The position numbers and the translations under genes are program-made. A stretch of DNA of 32,000 nt. It comes from Breznakia sp. PF5-3 (lineage in GTDB: Bacteria > Bacillota_I > Bacilli_A > Erysipelotrichales > Erysipelotrichaceae). The stretch lies in assembly GCF_029504745.1 (NCBI RefSeq), contig NZ_JAQFIQ010000014.1:1-32000 (forward strand), read 5' to 3'. How positions within the stretch are numbered: the stretch's first letter is position 1; every line of letters begins with the position of its first letter. Below the pieces are notes generated by a model that saw only the letters and a program-made list of their open reading frames with translations, did no database searches and had not been told where the DNA came from. Positions 18,107 through 25,711 of this stretch are shown one piece after another.

Positions 18107-19237
18107 TTATTCTTTGGTAAAGATTTGCAAATCAACATTCATAATATAGTCCAATTCTGCTGCATGTGATTCATCACTTTCAACAAACAATACACCAAAT
18201 GCATCGAATGTTTGAAAATCAAATTTACGCAATGACAAAGGTTTATTAATTTTTGAAAGCAATTGTTCATAATTAAAAAAAGTTATTGGTTCTTTAACAC
18301 TTGGCTTATTAAGAACAATCATTGCATATTTTTCTTTTCCTTTGTTTTTCAAGATTTCATCCCATACTGGAATTTTATTGTTTAAGAAATAATCATATGC
18401 ATAAAAACCAAATGCATAATATGAAAGATCATTACAACACAACCCTGCAAATCGCATTGGGTTACATTCAATAATGGATATTTGCTCATCTTTTACCCTT
18501 ATTTCAATATGAGAAGCAAAATTCATCACCCCTAAATAAGAGTTCATTTGTATAAAAAAGGTTTCAAACTTCTTAAGATTTTGTATAATAATATCTTTAC
18601 TTGTGTAATATAAACGATCACTTACATCTGCATTTGAAGAAAACTCATGTTTTAAAATGTTTAAAATGACTGGTTTACCATTTTCATCAAAATATACATC
18701 AATAGCATACTCTTCTCCATCAATATATTCTTCCAAAATAAACTTACTCTTCCCAACTACCTGCTCATGATAAAGTTCATCCCACTTTGCTACTTCTCTT
18801 TGTAAAGATTGTATTGCTTGTTTATAATCTTTTTCATTTTCAATATAATAAACACCAGCACTAAAGAAGCCAACTGTTGGCTTAAGAATACATGGAACCT
18901 TTATTTGGGAAAAAGGTAAGTTGAATAGTGATGATAAATCAAGTTCTCTAAAATAATACGTTGGATACATATCCTTCATTTTTTCACGAAAAAGTGCTTT
19001 ATCTTTCATTATCTCAATATTTTGAATACGAACTTTGTTTTCATCATTTTCATAAACCCAATGTAGAGATGTTTCCGAAGCTGTATAAATACGTTCCCCC
19101 GGTATAGCTCTCTGTACTAGATTCAATCCATCAATACCTTGCGATTGAATATAATCATTTAATAACACTGGGTGTTGTGATGTTTTTGCATAAGTTATTA
19201 AGTCTTCTGAAATATATGGTTTATCTAATATAATCAT
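18107..19237 (-). CDS. ATP-grasp domain protein (carboxylate-amine/L-amino-acid-ligase-like; substrate unknown)
   Basis: 376 aa. ATP-grasp hallmarks: ILKPTVGFFSAGVYYI, ILEEYIDGEEYAIDVYF and HIEIRV....ISIIECNPMRFAG. The ATG at 19237 is preceded by GGAGGA. Confidence 0.8.
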   Translation of the reverse strand: MIILDKPYISEDLITYAKTSQHPVLLNDYIQSQGIDGLNLVQRAIPGERIYTASETSLHWVYENDENKVRIQNIEIMKDKALFREKMKDMYPTYYFRELDLSSLFNLPFSQIKVPCILKPTVGFFSAGVYYIENEKDYKQAIQSLQREVAKWDELYHEQVVGKSKFILEEYIDGEEYAIDVYFDENGKPVILNILKHEFSSNADVSDRLYYTSKDIIIQNLKKFETFFIQMNSYLGVMNFASHIEIRVKDEQISIIECNPMRFAGLCCNDLSYYAFGFYAYDYFLNNKIPVWDEILKNKGKEKYAMIVLNKPSVKEPITFFNYEQLLSKINKPLSLRKFDFQTFDAFGVLFVESDESHAAELDYIMNVDLQIFTKE

Positions 19238-19259
19238 TTTTATCCTCCATATTTTTATC

Positions 19260-19288
19260 ATCATAACATAAAAGGTCTATTGTGCAAA
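19260..19288 (-). promoter_or_regulatory. candidate promoter for the ATP-grasp gene (TTTGCA-17-TGtTATGAT)
   Basis: Minus strand: extended -10 TGTTATGAT (19260-19268), with -35 TTTGCA (19283-19288) lying in the loop of the pyrG terminator. Confidence 0.35.
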
Positions 19289-19303
19289 AGCCAATAAGAC
19301 CTT
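19272..19303 (-). terminator. hairpin/terminator after pyrG
   Basis: Minus strand: AAGGTCTTATTG-gcttttgca-CAATAGACCTT (one bulge) followed by TTATGTTAT. It begins about 12 nt after the pyrG stop. Confidence 0.6.
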
Positions 19304-19315
19304 ATAGAATATTAA

Positions 19316-20908
19316 TTATTTTAAAGAAGCTTTTATGAATTCCCTAAATAAAGGATGTGCTTTATTTGGTCTAGATTTGAATTCAGGATGATATTGAACT
19401 CCAATATGAAAATCATTTTTATTATATTCGATTGCCTCCACAAGAAGATTATCTGGACTCGTTCCTACAATTTCCATATGATTATGAATAAATTCATCAC
19501 GATAATCATTATTAAACTCATAACGATGGCGATGCCTTTCAGATATCTTTTCTTCTTGGTAAGTATAATATAATTTTGAATCTTTTTTAATAGTGCATGG
19601 GTAAGCTCCTAAACGCATTGTTCCACCTTTGTGATCTATGCTAATTTGTGAGTCCATTAAATCAATTACATTGTGTTTTCCTTGTGGAGTGAATTCACTT
19701 GAATTTGCATCTAGATATTTTAAAACATTTCGAGCAAACTCTATCGTTGCAATTTGCATCCCTAAACATATTCCTAAATATGGAATATTATTTTCTCGTG
19801 CATATTGACAAGCTAAAACCATGCCATCCATTCCACGCTCTCCAAAACCACCAGGAATGATAATGCCATGACATTCGCCAAGCACTTCACTAATTGTATC
19901 TGGATTCAAAGATTCACTATCTATCCATTTTATTTCCACTTCTGCATCATTTTCATAGCCTCCATGCTTTAGTGCTTCTACAATGGATAAATATGCATCA
20001 TGTAACTTTGTATACTTTCCAACCAACGCTATTTTAGCCTGCTTATTACAGCTTTTTATTCTTGTTACTAAAGTTTTCCAAGCCTCCATATTTGGTGCTG
20101 GAGTTATCAAATTCAATTCACGACAGACAATATCAGAAAAATTCGCTTCCTCCAACATCAATGGACATTCATATAAGATAGGAAGAGTTACATTTTGAAT
20201 AACACAATCCTTTTTCACATTACAAAAAAGCGCAATTTTATTTAATATAGAAACATCTAAAAATTCATCACTTCGACATACAATGATATCTGGAGAAATT
20301 CCCAATGATTGCAATTCTTTTACACTATGCTGCGTTGGTTTTGATTTATGTTCCCCACTGCTTTTAATGTAAGGGACTAACGTTACATGAATAAACAAAC
20401 AATTCTCTTTTCCCACCTCAAAACTCACTTGTCGAATTGCTTCTAAAAATGGTTGCGATTCAATATCCCCTGTAGTTCCACCAATTTCACTGATCACCAT
20501 ATCAGCGTCTTGTTCATCACCTACAGCATAAATAAAATCTTTAATCTCTTGTGTAATATGAGGAATTACTTGTACCGTTTCACCTAAATATTCACCTTTG
20601 CGTTCTTTATTTAAAACATTCCAATATACCTTTCCACTTGTTAAATTGGAAAACCGATTCAAATCCTCATCAATAAACCGCTCATAATGGCCCAAATCAA
20701 GATCTGTCTCAGCTCCATCATCGGTCACAAAAACTTCACCATGCTGATAAGGTGACATCGTTCCACAATCTACATTGATATATGGATCCATCTTCTGTGC
20801 CATAACTTTTAAACCACGTTCTTTTAATAACCTACCTAAACTAGCAGCTGTAATGCCTTTCCCCAAGCCACTTACAACACCACCTGTTACAAAAATATAT
20901 TTTCTCAT
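19316..20908 (-). CDS. pyrG: CTP synthase (glutamine-hydrolysing)
   Basis: [19 protein letters not shown]-terminus, GATase nucleophile GICLGMQ and HRHRYEFN. The ATG at 20908 is preceded by GGTGGGTG and lies only 12 nt from the stop of the ANTAR gene. Confidence 0.96.
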   Translation of the reverse strand: MRKYIFVTGGVVSGLGKGITAASLGRLLKERGLKVMAQKMDPYINVDCGTMSPYQHGEVFVTDDGAETDLDLGHYERFIDEDLNRFSNLTSGKVYWNVLNKERKGEYLGETVQVIPHITQEIKDFIYAVGDEQDADMVISEIGGTTGDIESQPFLEAIRQVSFEVGKENCLFIHVTLVPYIKSSGEHKSKPTQHSVKELQSLGISPDIIVCRSDEFLDVSILNKIALFCNVKKDCVIQNVTLPILYECPLMLEEANFSDIVCRELNLITPAPNMEAWKTLVTRIKSCNKQAKIALVGKYTKLHDAYLSIVEALKHGGYENDAEVEIKWIDSESLNPDTISEVLGECHGIIIPGGFGERGMDGMVLACQYARENNIPYLGICLGMQIATIEFARNVLKYLDANSSEFTPQGKHNVIDLMDSQISIDHKGGTMRLGAYPCTIKKDSKLYYTYQEEKISERHRHRYEFNNDYRDEFIHNHMEIVGTSPDNLLVEAIEYNKNDFHIGVQYHPEFKSRPNKAHPLFREFIKASLK

Positions 20909-20920
20909 TTCACCCACCAT

Positions 20921-21487
20921 TTAACCATATGTCTTTAATATTTCCTTTGCTACCATTTCTTTTGAAACACGTTTATCCATCGCTTTCTTTTCAATATATC
21001 GATGTGCTTGTACTTCGCTCATATTCAAATATTCAATCAGAACGTACTTTGCTCGACTAATCAATTGAATATTTTCTACTTTTTCATGTAAACGAATATT
21101 TTCATCATGAAAATTACTAATTCTTCGATGTGTCGATAGTGCCATTGAGATCGCTTGTGTGAACACTTGACGATCAAGTGGTTTTCCTATACACATAACA
21201 CCAAATTTATTTAGCCGATTACTAACATCTTCTAAGATTTCCTTTTTTATCAACATAACTACTCCACTAGTTGAATTTTGTGCAGCATACATTGTAATCT
21301 CATGCCCAAATTCATCAGCGAGTGGTGTATTGATTAACACTAAATCAAAACGTTGAGTATTCAACAACTGTTTTGCTTCTTTTGCACTTTTACTAGCTAC
21401 AATCGTATCGATATGAATAGCTTTTAAAAGTTGTGATAGTGCATCAAGACTTTTATCTAAACTGGAAACAATCAAACAACTACTCAT
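20921..21487 (-). CDS. ANTAR-domain antiterminator with a degenerate (pseudo-)receiver domain
   Basis: 188 aa. The C-terminal ANTAR region is LISRAKYVLIEYLNMSEVQAHRYIEKKAMDKRVSKEMVAKEIL. The N-terminal part has a CheY-like fold but lacks the acidic pocket and the phospho-acceptor Asp. Confidence 0.85.
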   Translation of the reverse strand: MSSCLIVSSLDKSLDALSQLLKAIHIDTIVASKSAKEAKQLLNTQRFDLVLINTPLADEFGHEITMYAAQNSTSGVVMLIKKEILEDVSNRLNKFGVMCIGKPLDRQVFTQAISMALSTHRRISNFHDENIRLHEKVENIQLISRAKYVLIEYLNMSEVQAHRYIEKKAMDKRVSKEMVAKEILKTYG

Positions 21488-21503
21488 ACCTTACCTCACT
21501 TTC

Positions 21504-22775
21504 CTAAATTAATTTAAAATATGGATCACTATCAAATCTTTGCTCATCTTTATATGATGCAGCTTCTTCACTCTTTATTTCACAGAACATTGTAACTGTT
21601 TTTTTATTTATTACTTCTTTAACAAATTCTGAATTTTGTACACTTTCTACAGCTTCTTTCAGATTTTTTGGCAATTCCTTTGTACTTTTTGAATGCCCCT
21701 CACTCAATGTTTCACTTTTTCGCATCCCTTCAATTCCCGCATATAATAATAAGCCATAGGCGTAATAAGGATTACATGCAGCATCTGCTGAGCGCAACAT
21801 GATATAAGAATACTCATCTTGCTTTTCATCAACACGCAACAACTGACTTTGATTCCCTTCGGCCCAAGTTATGTACTTTGGTGCTTTTTCACTTCCCAAA
21901 CGTTCATAAGAATTATTAATTGGATTCAAAAACAAACTCATCTCATAAGTACGATTCAATACTCCAGCAATAAAATTTCGTTGTTCCTCCAAGTTTACTT
22001 CATAATCATCTTCAAAAATATTTCGATCATTCTTGCTTAGGGTTACTTTAATTCTCAATCCACTACCACTTGCATCAGCAAGCGGGCGTGGTAAAAATGA
22101 AGCATACAAATCATTCAATAAAGCAATACTCTTTACACAGTTCTTAAACGTTATCAAGTTATCTGCAGCTTGCAATGCATAATTATCTTCAAAGGTTATC
22201 ACGTTTTGTCCAGGTCCTTTTTCATGATAACTCATCTTTGTTTTTACACCCATTTCTTCTAAAGAAAGACATATTTCTCGACGAATATTTTCACCACCAT
22301 CCAAAGGTGTAACATCCAAATACGATGCATGGTCAATCGGTCGATTTGTAGGATTTCCATCCACATCGTTTTGAAATAAATAAAACTCGCTTTCAATCCC
22401 TATTTTAGGTGTATATCCATAGGATTCACAAGCCTCCATCGCTTGTTTTAAAAAGTATCTTCCATCTCCTTCAAATGGCGTTCCATCAAGGTGTCGAATA
22501 TCACAAAAAAAACGAACAACTTTTTCATGACCTGATCTCCATGGCAAGATTGTCATTGTATCCAAATCTGGATAGAGTAGTAAATCCGTTTTCTTATAGT
22601 TCATAAAACCATTAACATCAGATGCATCTAAGTTAATTCCTTCTTCTGTGGCTTGTTCGAAGTCGTCTGCATTAATAGATAAATTTTTGAGTGTTCCAAA
22701 AATATCACAAAATGCTAAGCGAACAAATTTCACATGATTTAGCTCAATATACCGCAAAATTTTCTCTATTTTCAT
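21504..22775 (-). CDS. class I glutamine synthetase homolog with substituted active-site motifs (GS-like, possibly non-catalytic)
   Basis: 423 aa, collinear with GlnA (VKFVRLAFCDIFGTLKN, DGTPFEGD, GIESEFYLF, NSYERL, LRSAD..CNPY). However GQxE reads GQNV, NGSGMH reads SGSGLR, NRS reads NQS and ExRSxD reads MLRSAD. The ATG at 22775 is preceded by GGAGGA. Confidence 0.85.
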   Translation of the reverse strand: MKIEKILRYIELNHVKFVRLAFCDIFGTLKNLSINADDFEQATEEGINLDASDVNGFMNYKKTDLLLYPDLDTMTILPWRSGHEKVVRFFCDIRHLDGTPFEGDGRYFLKQAMEACESYGYTPKIGIESEFYLFQNDVDGNPTNRPIDHASYLDVTPLDGGENIRREICLSLEEMGVKTKMSYHEKGPGQNVITFEDNYALQAADNLITFKNCVKSIALLNDLYASFLPRPLADASGSGLRIKVTLSKNDRNIFEDDYEVNLEEQRNFIAGVLNRTYEMSLFLNPINNSYERLGSEKAPKYITWAEGNQSQLLRVDEKQDEYSYIMLRSADAACNPYYAYGLLLYAGIEGMRKSETLSEGHSKSTKELPKNLKEAVESVQNSEFVKEVINKKTVTMFCEIKSEEAASYKDEQRFDSDPYFKLI

Positions 22776-22796
22776 GACATCCTCCATTCTGTTTTC

Positions 22797-22825
22797 ATTA
22801 TAACACGAAAAATCTTATGTCTGAA
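22797..22825 (-). promoter_or_regulatory. candidate promoter of the GS-like/ANTAR/pyrG operon (TTCAGA-17-TGtTATAAT)
   Basis: Minus strand: extended -10 TGTTATAAT (22797-22805) and -35 TTCAGA (22820-22825). The predicted leader is very short, about 15 nt. Confidence 0.5.
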
Positions 22826-22868
22826 TTATAGACCTAATTATAAAATGATGTCAACTCTCAAAATCAAC

Positions 22869-22897
22869 TTTCTAAATTCAAAAAAATTGTCTATAAT
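22869..22897 (+). promoter_or_regulatory. candidate promoter for the GNAT gene (weak -35, TATAAT -10)
   Basis: TATAAT at 22892-22897, with TTTCTA/TTCTAA 16-17 nt upstream. Confidence 0.3.
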
Positions 22898-22937
22898 AAG
22901 GTTACATCTTACTAAAAAATATACTTGGAGAACGCTT

Positions 22938-23462
22938 ATGCACAATTATTTTTTAAAAACTAAACGAATTGGATTTTCAAAATGGAATTATGATGATTTG
23001 GAACTTGCAACAAAACTATGGGGCAATAAAGAAGTGGGTAAGTATATTCATGCAAATCATTTTTTTAGTGTTGAAGAGATACATGAGCGTCTAAAGGAAG
23101 AAATCAAGAATGAGGAATATTTTCATATTCAATATTTTCCTATTTTTTCATTATCTGACAATCAATTTATTGGTTGTTGTGGCTTTCGTCCCTTTGTGGA
23201 CAATCCACAACAAATAGAAATGGGATTTCACTTACTTCCTGCATTTTGGCATCAAGGATATGCCTTTGAAGCAAGTGATGCAATTTTAAAATACATTCAT
23301 AATAAACATCGTGAATTAAAGATTTATGCAGGACATCACCCTGATAATGAAGCTTCAGCAAGACTTTTAAAGAAATTGGGGTTTTTATACTTTAAAGATG
23401 AGTTTTATAAGCCAACAAACAAATATCATCGATGCTATCAATATTCTAAAAATATAGCTTGA
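22938..23462 (+). CDS. GNAT family N-acetyltransferase (RimJ/RimL-like)
   Basis: About 174 aa starting at the ATG at 22938 (RBS TGGAGAA). GNAT core: IGCCGFRP...GFHLLPAFWHQGYAFEA...ASARLLKKLGF. The ORF-track extension from 22845 is unlikely to be real. Confidence 0.85.
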   Translation: MHNYFLKTKRIGFSKWNYDDLELATKLWGNKEVGKYIHANHFFSVEEIHERLKEEIKNEEYFHIQYFPIFSLSDNQFIGCCGFRPFVDNPQQIEMGFHLLPAFWHQGYAFEASDAILKYIHNKHRELKIYAGHHPDNEASARLLKKLGFLYFKDEFYKPTNKYHRCYQYSKNIA

Positions 23463-23487
23463 CAAGAAACCCAAGAAAGGATAAACT
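23459..23487 (+). promoter_or_regulatory. candidate promoter TTGACA-17-TAAACT overlapping the GNAT stop codon
   Basis: A perfect -35 TTGACA (23459-23464), a 17-nt spacer and TAAACT (23482-23487). A transcript from here would begin just upstream of the attenuator hairpins. Confidence 0.35.
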
Positions 23488-23512
23488 CTTTGTATAACAG
23501 CAAAGGTGCTGT
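23476..23512 (+). promoter_or_regulatory. candidate ANTAR-type dual hexaloop hairpin (P1 and P2); P2 competes with the terminator
   Basis: P1 is AAAGG-AUAAAC-UCUUU (23476-23491) and P2 is ACAGC-AAAGGU-GCUGU (23497-23512), separated by a 5-nt linker. The P2 loop has A at position 1 and G at position 4. P2 uses nt 23505-23512, which belong to the left arm of the terminator. Confidence 0.4.
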
Positions 23513-23541
23513 AGGTATTTTTATCTACGGCACCTTTTTTT
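23505..23541 (+). terminator. strong intrinsic terminator/attenuator in the glnN leader
   Basis: GGTGCTGTAG-loop-CTACGGCACC 10-bp stem (one G-U pair) followed by 7 T (23535-23541). Only 15 nt separate the T-run from the glnN RBS GGGAGG (23557-23562). Confidence 0.8.
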
Positions 23542-23568
23542 GTTAGTTCGATTAATGGGAGGAAATTT

Positions 23569-25668
23569 ATGAAAACAAACGTGACTGAGGTTTTTGGGTC
23601 TATGGTCTTTGATGATCGTTGTATGAAAGCAAAGTTACCTAAAGATGTTTATAAAAAGTACAAAGCTACGATCGATGAAGGAAAGCTTCTTGATCCTGAT
23701 TGTGCTAATACCATTGCATCCGCTATGAAAGATTGGGCTATTGAAAACGGTGCAACACATTATACTCATTGGTTTCAGCCAATGACAGGAATCACTGCAG
23801 AAAAGCATGATGCTTTTATTTCTCCAAGTGGAGATGGAAGTATTATCATGGAATTTTCTGGTAAAGAACTTATCAAGGGTGAACCAGATGCTTCTAGTTT
23901 TCCTAATGGTGGATTACGAGCAACTTTTGAAGCTCGTGGTTATACTGGGTGGGATCCAACATCATATACATTCATCAAAGAAGGCGTTTTATGTATCCCA
24001 AGTGTCTTCATGTCTTACAATGGCGAAGCACTTGATAAAAAAACACCACTCCTAAAATCTCAAGAACTTATCAATACGCAAGCATTGCGAATTCTAAAGT
24101 TATTTGGTAAAGATAATGTGAAACGCGTTCATACAACCGTTGGTGCAGAACAAGAATACTTTCTTATTGAAAAGTCACTTTGGGATCAACGAAAAGACTT
24201 GATTTACACTGGTAGAACACTTTATGGTGCTAGACCTCCAAAAACTCAAGAACTTGATGACCACTACTTTGGTGTATTAAAACCAAAAGTAGCATCGTTT
24301 ATGAAAGAACTGAATGAAGAATTGTGGAAATTAGGTATTCTAGCAAAAACGCAACATAATGAAGTTGCTCCTGCACAACATGAATTAGCACCTATCTATT
24401 CACTCACAAATGTCGCTACCGACCATAATCAACTAACTATGGAAATCATGAAAAAAGTGGCCTTACGCCATGGACTTGTTTGTTTATTACATGAAAAGCC
24501 GTTTGCAGGAATCAACGGAAGTGGTAAACACAATAACTGGTCCCTATCAACAGATACCGGAGAGAACCTGTTAGAACCTGGAGATACGCCAAGTGAAAAC
24601 GCTCAATTCTTGCTTATGCTAGCAGCGCTAGTTAAAGCTGTTGACGATTACCAAGACTTACTAAGAATATCTGTTGCAAGTGCAGGAAATGATCATCGCT
24701 TAGGTGCTAATGAAGCCCCTCCTGCAATCATTTCCATCTTTACTGGTTCTGAGTTAGAAGAAATCATAAATGCAATCATTGAAGATAGACCTTGCAAAAC
24801 GGTATGTGCGAATAAAATGACCATCGGTGTTGATGCCTTACCTCCTTTTACAAAAGACACAACCGATCGTAATCGTACATCACCGTTTGCTTTTACTGGA
24901 AACAAATTTGAATTTCGCATGTTAGGATCACAATTATCTATTTCTTGTCCTAATATTATGATTAACACAATTGTTGCCGATACATTAAATAACTTTGCTG
25001 ACCATTTAGAAAAAGCAACAGATTTTAATAAAGAATTACACGAATTGATTAAAAAAACATTTACTGAACATCAAAGAATCATATTTAATGGTAATGGATA
25101 TGATGATTCATGGATTGTAGAGGCAGAAAAGCGAGGACTTATGAATTTTAGAACTACGCCAGAAGCTTTGCCACACTATATGGATGAGAAAAATATTCAA
25201 TTATTTACTAGAAATAACATTTACACAAAAAGTGAAATGCAATCTCGTATGGATATCTTAATCGAAGAATATTCAAAGGCTATTAATATTGAAGCAGAAA
25301 CAATGGTAAACATGTCTAAGAAGAATATCATTCCTGCCATTTTAGCTTATATCAAAGATTTGAGTGAAAGCATTGTTACCAAAAAGGCAATATCTTCAAC
25401 GATAAAGTTTGAAGTTGAAGACTCTCTCATCAATAAATTAAGTGTTCTTGCGAGTGATTTGTATCGTAAAACAGAAGAATTAGCAGATGATATCATTAAA
25501 GCTAATGGAATTAAAGACTTGCAAGAAAATGCTAAATATTATTGTAATAGCGTGCTTGTGAAAATGGTTGACTTGCGTGCCATTGCCGATGAAATCGAGC
25601 AAAACTGCGCCAAGCAGTATTGGCCCTTCCCTTCATATGGAGATTTATTATATTCTGTCTCTATATAA
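23569..25668 (+). CDS. glnN: glutamine synthetase, type III
   Basis: 699 aa with GSIII length and N-terminus. Catalytic motifs are intact: AEQEYFL, HNEVAPAQHE, NGSGKHNNWS, ANEAPP, DRNRTSPFAFTGNKFEFR. Confidence 0.93.
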   Translation: MKTNVTEVFGSMVFDDRCMKAKLPKDVYKKYKATIDEGKLLDPDCANTIASAMKDWAIENGATHYTHWFQPMTGITAEKHDAFISPSGDGSIIMEFSGKELIKGEPDASSFPNGGLRATFEARGYTGWDPTSYTFIKEGVLCIPSVFMSYNGEALDKKTPLLKSQELINTQALRILKLFGKDNVKRVHTTVGAEQEYFLIEKSLWDQRKDLIYTGRTLYGARPPKTQELDDHYFGVLKPKVASFMKELNEELWKLGILAKTQHNEVAPAQHELAPIYSLTNVATDHNQLTMEIMKKVALRHGLVCLLHEKPFAGINGSGKHNNWSLSTDTGENLLEPGDTPSENAQFLLMLAALVKAVDDYQDLLRISVASAGNDHRLGANEAPPAIISIFTGSELEEIINAIIEDRPCKTVCANKMTIGVDALPPFTKDTTDRNRTSPFAFTGNKFEFRMLGSQLSISCPNIMINTIVADTLNNFADHLEKATDFNKELHELIKKTFTEHQRIIFNGNGYDDSWIVEAEKRGLMNFRTTPEALPHYMDEKNIQLFTRNNIYTKSEMQSRMDILIEEYSKAINIEAETMVNMSKKNIIPAILAYIKDLSESIVTKKAISSTIKFEVEDSLINKLSVLASDLYRKTEELADDIIKANGIKDLQENAKYYCNSVLVKMVDLRAIADEIEQNCAKQYWPFPSYGDLLYSVSI

Positions 25669-25711
25669 AAAAACATCACAAACCTTTTGCTTATCTGCAA
25701 TTGTGAAATAT

